In this document: positions 9,411 through 14,944 of the stretch, piece by piece
Position numbering within the stretch: position 1 is the stretch's first letter
Layout: each line of letters begins with the position of its first letter
Program-made: the position numbers and the translations under genes
From: Candidatus Cryosericum sp.
Lineage (GTDB): Bacteria; Caldisericota; Caldisericia; Cryosericales; Cryosericaceae
Assembly (NCBI GenBank): GCA_049699855.1
Contig: JBNAWM010000028.1
Coordinates: 1-14,944 of the forward strand
DNA length: 14,944 nt
Direction: 5' to 3'
Notes under the pieces: model-generated
What the model was told of the DNA's origin: nothing
What the model saw: the letters and a program-made list of their open reading frames with translations, nothing else
The model's database searches: none

Positions 9411-9430
9411 CGGGCAGAGGGCGCGATGGA

Positions 9431-9458
9431 TTGACATGGACAGCGAACGAGATACAAT
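9431..9458 (+). promoter_or_regulatory. Sigma70-type promoter for the arcE-like/argF operon
   Basis: TTGACA (9431-9436), 16 nt, TACAAT (9453-9458). Confidence 0.75.
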
Positions 9459-9509
9459 CATTATGCCCTATTGCGGGCATTGGACGTTATTCTCTGTAGA
9501 GGAGGTTCT

Positions 9510-10826
9510 ATGAAAAAGAGAGTCTTGATTATGGGAGCTGCAGGCAGGGACTTCCACAACTTCAATGTCGTGTATCGGGACAACCCCGACTACGAAGTGG
9601 TGGCATTCACGGCGACGCAGATCCCCGGCATCGACGACAAGAAGTATCCTGCCGCCCTCGCCGGCAAGCTCTATCCGAACGGCATTCCGATCTACCCAGA
9701 GTCCGATCTCGACAGGCTTATCGCGGAGCTCAATGTCGATGAAGTAGTATTCGCGTATTCCGATCAGCCGCACGTGAACGTGATGCACAAGGCATCGCAG
9801 GCGCTTGCGGACGGCCCCGACTTCATATTGCTTGGGCCGAAGAGCACCCAGATCAAGTCAAGCAAGCCGGTCATCTCCATCTGCGCGGTTCGTACCGGTT
9901 CTGGCAAGAGCCAGACCAGTCGTGCCGTCGTGCGCGCTCTGCGCGCTGCTGGCAAGAAGGTCGTCTCCATCCGGCACCCGATGCCCTACGGCGATCTCGC
10001 GGCACAGGCAAGCGAGCGCTTTGCGACCTATGCAGATCTGGACAAGTACAAATGCACGATTGAAGAGCGCGAGGAGTACGAGCCTCATATCGACATGGGC
10101 GCTGTCATCTACGCCGGCGTCGATTACGAGATGATTATCCGCCAGGCCGAGAAGGAAGCTGATGTCATCATCTGGGATGGCGGCAACAACGACTTCTCCT
10201 TCTACGTTCCAGACCTCAAGATCACGGTTGCGGATCCTCTGCGCGCTGGCAACGAGCTCACCTACTATCCCGGCGAGACCAACTTCCGGCAGGCAGACGT
10301 CATCGTCATCAACAAGGTTGACTCCGCGACCCCCGAACAGCTTGCTGAGGTGCGCGACAGCATGTACAGAGTCAACCCGAAGGCGATTATGGTCGAGGCA
10401 GCCTCCCCCGTGTTCGTGAAGGACCCCGAGATGATCCGCGGCAAGCGCGTGCTGGTCATCGAGGATGGCCCGACGCTCACGCATGGCGAGATGACCTATG
10501 GTGCGGGCTACGTTGCCGCTCTCAAGTATGGCGCGGCCGAGATCGTTGATCCTCATCCCTACGCCGTCGGCTCCATCAAGGCCACGTTCGAGAAGTACAC
10601 CCAGAAGATGAGCATCCTTCCAGCCATGGGCTACAGCGATGAGCAGATCGAAGACCTGCGCCAGACCATCGAGGCAACGCCGTGCGATGTGGTCATCATG
10701 GGCACTCCTATCGATCTCCTGCGCGTCATGAAGCTGAGCAAGCCATCGGTTCGCGTCACCTATGAACTCCAGGAGATCGGCACCCCAACGGTGTCAGACG
10801 TCCTGAAGAAGTTCGGGATGATTTGA
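9510..10826 (+). CDS. arcE: ArcE-like arginine synthetase (cyclic 2,3-diphosphoglycerate synthetase-related P-loop protein, often annotated as a predicted GTPase)
   Basis: N-terminus MGAAGRDFHNFN...FTATQIP, P-loop AVRTGSGKS, RHPMPYGDL, TIEEREEYEPH, WDGGNND, EDGPTLTHG, LPAMGY. ATG at 9510 with SD GAGGAGG. Co-transcribed with an OTC gene, which supports the ArcE assignment. Confidence 0.8.
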   Translation: MKKRVLIMGAAGRDFHNFNVVYRDNPDYEVVAFTATQIPGIDDKKYPAALAGKLYPNGIPIYPESDLDRLIAELNVDEVVFAYSDQPHVNVMHKASQALADGPDFILLGPKSTQIKSSKPVISICAVRTGSGKSQTSRAVVRALRAAGKKVVSIRHPMPYGDLAAQASERFATYADLDKYKCTIEEREEYEPHIDMGAVIYAGVDYEMIIRQAEKEADVIIWDGGNNDFSFYVPDLKITVADPLRAGNELTYYPGETNFRQADVIVINKVDSATPEQLAEVRDSMYRVNPKAIMVEAASPVFVKDPEMIRGKRVLVIEDGPTLTHGEMTYGAGYVAALKYGAAEIVDPHPYAVGSIKATFEKYTQKMSILPAMGYSDEQIEDLRQTIEATPCDVVIMGTPIDLLRVMKLSKPSVRVTYELQEIGTPTVSDVLKKFGMI

Positions 10827-10837
10827 TCAGGAGGCCT

Positions 10838-11773
10838 ATGGCTACCAAACTCAAAGGCAGAGACCTGCTTTGCCTCAGCGACTTCTCCAGGGAGGAGATC
10901 CTTGAGATCATTTCCTTTGGCGACAAGCTGAAGCTGGACTCCATGGCAGGCAGACACGAGCGCTACCTGGACGGCAAGTCCGTTGCCATGATCTTTCAGA
11001 AGGCATCGACGCGGACGCGCGTTTCGTTCGAGGTTGCAGCGTTCGAGCTGGGTGCCCACGGTCTGTACCTCAATTCCAATGACATGCAGCTGCGCCGCGG
11101 CGAGACGATTGCCGACACCGCTCATGTGCTTTCACGGTACGTTGCAGGCATCGTGGCGCGCGTCTTTGCACATCAGGATCTTGTCGACCTTGCCGCCAAC
11201 AGCGACGCTCCCATCATCAACGCGCTCTCCGACCTGAGCCATCCCTGCCAGATTCTTGGCGATCTCATGACCATCCGGGAGAAGAAGGGTACGCTCAAGG
11301 GACTGCGGCTTGCCTATGTGGGTGATGGCAACAACGTCGCCAATTCTCTCCTGATTGGCTGCGCCAGCGTGGGCATGAGCATCGCGGTCGCTTCTCCCAA
11401 GGGGTTCGAGCCTCGCGAGGAGATCGTCAAAACGGCGACCGAGATTGCCAAGCGCAATGGCAGCACCGTCCTCATCACCAACGACCCGGTCGTTTCGGTC
11501 CAGGACGTGGATGCGGTCTACACTGACGTGTGGGCGTCCATGGGACAGGAGTCTGAGCACGAGGAGCGCGTCAAGGTCATGCGCCCCTTCTCACTCACCG
11601 CCGATCTGATGCAGCACGCCCGCAAGGACGCCATTGTCCTGCACTGTCTTCCCGCGCATCGTGGCGAGGAGATCATGGACGAAGTCATGGATGGTCCTCA
11701 GAGCGTCGTCTTCGACCAGGCTGAAAACAGGCTTCATATCCAGAAGGCAATCCTGGCACTCCTGCTGGGCTGA
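10838..11773 (+). CDS. argF: Ornithine carbamoyltransferase
   Basis: STRTRVSFE, HPCQ, GDGNNV, TDVWASMG, HCLP, AENR. ATG at 10838 with SD AGGAGG. Confidence 0.96.
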   Translation: MATKLKGRDLLCLSDFSREEILEIISFGDKLKLDSMAGRHERYLDGKSVAMIFQKASTRTRVSFEVAAFELGAHGLYLNSNDMQLRRGETIADTAHVLSRYVAGIVARVFAHQDLVDLAANSDAPIINALSDLSHPCQILGDLMTIREKKGTLKGLRLAYVGDGNNVANSLLIGCASVGMSIAVASPKGFEPREEIVKTATEIAKRNGSTVLITNDPVVSVQDVDAVYTDVWASMGQESEHEERVKVMRPFSLTADLMQHARKDAIVLHCLPAHRGEEIMDEVMDGPQSVVFDQAENRLHIQKAILALLLG

Positions 11774-11804
11774 ACCAGCAAGGCAGGCTGAACGACTGCA
11801 CGAC

Positions 11805-11836
11805 AAGAAAGGCCGGAGGAACCCTCCGGCCTTTTT
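11805..11836. terminator. Bidirectional intrinsic terminator between the convergent argF and PDO genes
   Basis: AAGAAA-GGCCGGAGG-AAC-CCTCCGGCC-TTTTT: a GC-rich stem with a U tract on + and TTTCTT on -. Confidence 0.88.
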
Positions 11837-11866
11837 CATTCGCTGTTTTTGTGCCCTGGGTGCTGG

Positions 11867-12577
11867 CTAGTTGGCAGTTCCCACCGCGGCAAGGAACTCC
11901 TCGAGATAGTTTGCCTCGGGCATTCCGCCGATGACCTCGCGGTCCTCGTTGATGACGCTCTTGGGTACCGAGCTCACAAAATACTGATCGGAGAGTTCGG
12001 GGAATTCGTTGGCCTCGATGACCTCCGCTCGGATCAGCGGGTTCACCATGGCGAACTGCTGGGCGAGCCGTGCCGCCACTGGGCAGTGCGGGCAGCTGGG
12101 CGTGACGAACACCTTGATGGATGCGGGCTGGGTCAGCTTCTCCAGCGCCGTGATGGTGGTCTCTGCAAGGCGCGTCTTGCCCTGCGATGCATCCACGATG
12201 CCATCGATCAGCGTCATGAACTCGTATCCCAGTGGGGTGCCGATGTACAGCAGAGGGCGTTTCGCGTCCGCGCCCTGGATGATGACCGATGGTACATGGG
12301 TGATCTTGAACTCTGCGACGGTGTCGTCCACCACGGAGTACTGGACCACGTTCAATGTGATGAGGGGAGACAGTTCCTTCACCTCTTCCAGAACCTGCTG
12401 GGCAACGGGCAGGTAGGGCCTGTTCGCGTCATTCACCAGCGGGGCGGTGCCATCGGGCGACATGGACGTGACACCCGTGTCGGACGACGTAACAAGCGTC
12501 AGCGTCACTGGGCCGGTCAGTTCTTCGGCAAAGCGGTCGCGCAGCATTTGTGCATCTTCAGCCTTCAATAGAGCCAT
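11867..12577 (-). CDS. Protein disulfide oxidoreductase (PDO/AhpF N-terminal-domain-like, two thioredoxin folds) with only the C-terminal CxxC
   Basis: HVP, G.P.GYEF..LI..I, FVTPSCPHCP, IEANEFPELS..Y.V.SVP, GGMPE. SD AGGAGG at 12585-12590. Lies downstream of trxB. Confidence 0.88.
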   Translation of the reverse strand: MALLKAEDAQMLRDRFAEELTGPVTLTLVTSSDTGVTSMSPDGTAPLVNDANRPYLPVAQQVLEEVKELSPLITLNVVQYSVVDDTVAEFKITHVPSVIIQGADAKRPLLYIGTPLGYEFMTLIDGIVDASQGKTRLAETTITALEKLTQPASIKVFVTPSCPHCPVAARLAQQFAMVNPLIRAEVIEANEFPELSDQYFVSSVPKSVINEDREVIGGMPEANYLEEFLAAVGTAN

Positions 12578-12645
12578 TGTGGTTCCTCCTGTGATTTCCT
12601 GTATGTGTCATCGTCTGCCAAGGCAAACGGTCGGTCACGATCTTG

Positions 12646-12661
12646 AATCCCCCCGGGGTAT
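12646..12661. promoter_or_regulatory. Imperfect CsoR/CstR-like operator upstream of the PDO gene
   Basis: AATCCC-CCCG-GGGTAT matches 10 of 12 positions of ATACCC-N4-GGGTAT and has the C-tract/G-tract core. Confidence 0.5.
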
Positions 12662-12699
12662 CCGTCCGAGACGGCATGCCGGATTCTCTGCCTTGCCGG

Positions 12700-13683
12700 T
12701 CAGCCCTTCAGGGTGCGCAGGTACGCTTCCGCGCTGGTGATAGCGATGGCGCCGTCGGCGCAGGCAGTGACGACTTGCTTCAGCGGCGTGTTGGTGACAT
12801 CGCCGACCGCGAACAGGCCCTTGAGCGACGTCTCCTTGTTCGCATCGACCTTGATGAGTCCGGTGTCGGTCAGGTCCACGAGGTCCTTGACCAGCTCGCT
12901 GTTCGGCTTCTCGCCGATCGATCCGAAGATCCCATCCACCTGCAGGCGTTCCTGCTGATGGGTTTCTACGTCCTCGACGACCAATGCCTCGACCTTCCGG
13001 TCGCCCAGCACTTCGACGGGCGCAGCATTCAGCTTCAGCTCGATGCCGGGATTGGCCAGCACTTCTTCCTGCAGCATGCGTGCCGCCCTGAACTCCCTCC
13101 GTCGATGGACAAGGAAGACCTTGCTTGCAAACTTGCTCAGATAGAGAGCTTCGTGGAGCGCGGCATCGCCTCCGCCCACCACAGCGACCACCTTATTCTT
13201 GAAGAAGGCGGCATCGCACGTGGCGCAGTAGGAGATCCCCCGGCCCCTGAACTTCTCTTCCTGGGGGACTGGCAGTTTCACGGGCTCTGAGCCGGTGGAA
13301 AGGACCACCGTCTTGGCCTTGATGTCGCCCGCGTCGGTGTTCAGCACAAAGAGCTCATTCTCCTTGCGGATTGCCGTCACGGCGTTCAGCGCGATCTGGC
13401 CGACAAATCTCTCCGCCTGCTTTCTGAATCGCTCGCCGAGTTCCTCCCCCGAAACTCCCTCGGGGAATCCAGGAAAGTTGTCCACCCAGTCCGAGACGGT
13501 GATGAGACCTCCGATGGAGAGCTTCTCCAAAACGATGGCGCTCATTCTCGCTCGGCCAGCATAAATGGCTGCTGTCAGGCCTCCGGGGCCCGCTCCCACG
13601 ATGGCCACGTCGTAGACGGCATCCGTGCGAACCGTCTGCACCTCGGCGGTATCGACGCCGGCTGTCACATCAAAATCGCTCAT
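12700..13683 (-). CDS. trxB: Thioredoxin-disulfide reductase
   Basis: GAGPGGLTAAIY, NFPGF, GRGISYCATCD, VGGGDAA, HRRREFRA (NADPH binding), FAVGDV. ATG at 13683 with SD AGGAGG. Confidence 0.96.
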   Translation of the reverse strand: MSDFDVTAGVDTAEVQTVRTDAVYDVAIVGAGPGGLTAAIYAGRARMSAIVLEKLSIGGLITVSDWVDNFPGFPEGVSGEELGERFRKQAERFVGQIALNAVTAIRKENELFVLNTDAGDIKAKTVVLSTGSEPVKLPVPQEEKFRGRGISYCATCDAAFFKNKVVAVVGGGDAALHEALYLSKFASKVFLVHRRREFRAARMLQEEVLANPGIELKLNAAPVEVLGDRKVEALVVEDVETHQQERLQVDGIFGSIGEKPNSELVKDLVDLTDTGLIKVDANKETSLKGLFAVGDVTNTPLKQVVTACADGAIAITSAEAYLRTLKG

Positions 13684-13779
13684 GATTCCTCCTGGCTCTT
13701 GACCTGTAAAACCCGTCCTAATCTCAAGTCCAGCACGGGGCAGGTTGTGCTCTGAAGAGCGCGCAACCTGCCGATGTGC

Positions 13780-13795
13780 ATACCCCATAGGGTAT
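13780..13795. promoter_or_regulatory. CsoR/RcnR-family-type operator palindrome at the predicted trxB transcription start
   Basis: ATACCC-CATA-GGGTAT perfect inverted repeat, 6 nt downstream of the TATACT -10 box. Confidence 0.7.
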
Positions 13796-13801
13796 ACGAA
13801 A

Positions 13802-13828
13802 AGTATAGGCAGAACGGCGAGAATGCAA
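13802..13828 (-). promoter_or_regulatory. Candidate promoter for trxB-PDO
   Basis: TTGCAT (13828-13823), 15 nt, TATACT (13807-13802). Confidence 0.55.
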
Positions 13829-13838
13829 CAGCCGGAGG

Positions 13839-14222
13839 CTACTGATCCTTCAAAGTCTCAGGTTCGTTTGCGGAACTGCCCCTGGAGCGGCGTTTTGCTA
13901 TGCGCTCCCACAGTCCCTCCAGGTCGTACCGTTCGCGGACCTCGTTGCCCACAAACAGGTGCAGAACGACGTCGCCGTAGTCGCAGACGACCCAGTCGGA
14001 TGCCGGCGACGACTCGGTTACCACGGACAGGCCGGGGTCCGGTTTCACCGTCTTGAGGATCTTGGTCAGAAGTGCGTCAGCCAGCACCGTGTTGTCCACG
14101 GTTGCAACGACCAGAAAATCAAACAAGGGGGCTCGATTCCTCACGTCGACCAGCTTGACCGACTCCGCCCCCATGTGCTCGCATTCACTGACAATTCGAT
14201 TCGCAAGTCGCTTCCCGTTCAT
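13839..14222 (-). CDS. rsfS: Ribosome silencing factor (RsfS/Iojap)
   Basis: DFLVVAT, WVVCDYGDVVLHLF, RERYDLEGLW. ATG at 14222 with SD GAGGTG (alternative GTG at 14228). Confidence 0.9.
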   Translation of the reverse strand: MNGKRLANRIVSECEHMGAESVKLVDVRNRAPLFDFLVVATVDNTVLADALLTKILKTVKPDPGLSVVTESSPASDWVVCDYGDVVLHLFVGNEVRERYDLEGLWERIAKRRSRGSSANEPETLKDQ

Positions 14223-14257
14223 GAGCACCTCTCACAAGCAAATGGTCCTGCACCTTC

Positions 14258-14285
14258 AGTGTACGATCTCCCCCGGCAAAAGCAA
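14258..14285 (-). promoter_or_regulatory. Candidate promoter for rsfS
   Basis: TTGCTT (14285-14280), 16 nt, TACACT (14263-14258). Confidence 0.55.
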
Positions 14286-14389
14286 CTTGTAACATTCGGG
14301 ACCGCCCGAGCCTTTTTGTTCAAGGCGAGGGGGCTTGTGTTCCAAATGTTACAGCGAACACTCGTCGGAGGCCCTTGACGTAGACGGTC

Positions 14390-14417
14390 TTGCCTGGCGG
14401 GAACTCTTGGGTAGAAT
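14390..14417 (+). promoter_or_regulatory. Candidate promoter for the prepilin gene
   Basis: TTGCCT (14390-14395), 16 nt, TAGAAT (14412-14417). Confidence 0.6.
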
Positions 14418-14447
14418 GGGCATGACAGCTGTTTGGGAAGGAGGGCC

Positions 14448-14944
14448 GTGCGCCGCCGAAAAGGCTTCACACTGCAGGAACTTGTCATTGTGGTCGCGAT
14501 CATCGCGATTCTGCTCGCGATTGCGGTGCCACGTTTTGACCGATACCTCGCCCGCATACGGCTGCAGCTGGCCGCGGTGACCCTCGTTCAGGACCTGCGT
14601 GACATGCAGATGAACGCCGAGATCGACGAGTGCTTCTACACCATCGTCTTCGTGACCAACGAAAACCGCTACTACTTCAGGAAGGGCACCCAGGCCTGGG
14701 CGCCTCCAGGGACCGTTCGCACGGAGCGCTACCTGTCGCGGGTTGCAGGGTTTCCAATGGCAGTTGGCAAGAGGGTGCCGGTGTCCGCCGTGTTTGGTTT
14801 TCAGACGTCCATGGAAACGTCCGTGGTGACCATGAGTTTCAACGAGATGGGGCGTCCTGCGGGTGCCTCGGGCGGCGGCCACGTCACCTTTATCGATCCC
14901 TACGGCGACCGAGGCACCCGCAGGACGCCCCATCTCGTTGAAAC
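14448..14944 (+). CDS. Type IV pilin-like protein (FimT/GspH/ComGD-like minor pilin), open at the window end
   Basis: Not in the ORF track. GTG at 14448 after SD AAGGAGG gives MRRRKG|FTLQELVIVVAIIAILLAIAVPRF, a class III signal peptide with G|F cleavage site and E5. Then ...LAAVTLVQDLRDMQMNA...SFNEMGRP...GGHVTF; no stop in the window. The last 12 codons are suspect (see repeat). Confidence 0.9.
   Translation, partial: MRRRKGFTLQELVIVVAIIAILLAIAVPRFDRYLARIRLQLAAVTLVQDLRDMQMNAEIDECFYTIVFVTNENRYYFRKGTQAWAPPGTVRTERYLSRVAGFPMAVGKRVPVSAVFGFQTSMETSVVTMSFNEMGRPAGASGGGHVTFIDPYGDRGTRRTPHLVE
14836..14944. repeat. Perfect 36-bp inverted repeat (14836-14871 and 14909-14944) with a 37-nt spacer
   Basis: GTTTCAACGAGATGGGGCGTCCTGCGGGTGCCTCGG is the exact reverse complement of CCGAGGCACCCGCAGGACGCCCCATCTCGTTGAAAC, which runs to the last base. 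Confidence 0.97.

Noticed and set aside
9454..9467. ARG box at the arcE promoter
   Set aside because: Only about 10 of 14 positions match TGMATwwwwATKCA, the conserved outer bases are missing, and there is no tandem second box.
14270..14315. c-di-GMP-I riboswitch (GGCAAA...GGGAC..GC...GCC) upstream of the pilin gene
   Set aside because: No paired stem with a GNRA loop between the motifs, and the segment lies upstream of the predicted pilin promoter.
14422..14580. Leaderless ORF starting at the ATG just after the TAGAAT box
   Set aside because: It is out of frame with and overlaps the prepilin, which has its own SD and a clear class III signal peptide.
14836..14944. CRISPR array (36-nt unit ending TTGAAAC, 37-nt spacer)
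   Set aside because: The two copies are inverted rather than direct, there are only two, one lies in frame in a pilin gene, and no cas genes are present.

Overview
A GC-rich bacterial chromosomal window (no mobile element or CRISPR array seen), probably from an anaerobic amino-acid fermenter. From left to right: (1) a minus-strand unit in which a strong promoter drives tRNA-Ile(GAU) and tRNA-Ala(UGC), running with no terminator into lysine 2,3-aminomutase (kamA), an omega-type class III aminotransferase, a HemL-like class III aminotransferase and a thiolase (truncated at the window edge); (2) a minus-strand housekeeping run: PASTA-only lipoprotein, rpe, thiN, tyrS and a sulfite-oxidase-family Mo enzyme; (3) a divergent two-gene operon encoding an ArcE-like P-loop enzyme (arginine synthetase/cDPGS family) and ornithine carbamoyltransferase, closed by a bidirectional terminator; (4) minus-strand rsfS, trxB and a PDO-type thioredoxin-fold protein, with CsoR/CstR-like operator palindromes; (5) a FimT/GspH-like prepilin ending in a perfect 36-bp inverted repeat at the window end, probably an assembly fold-back. 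The best candidate for an undescribed system is the tRNA-led kamA + two aminotransferases + thiolase operon, which looks like a B12-independent beta-lysine catabolic route. All family assignments come from motif recognition and memory, not from database searches.
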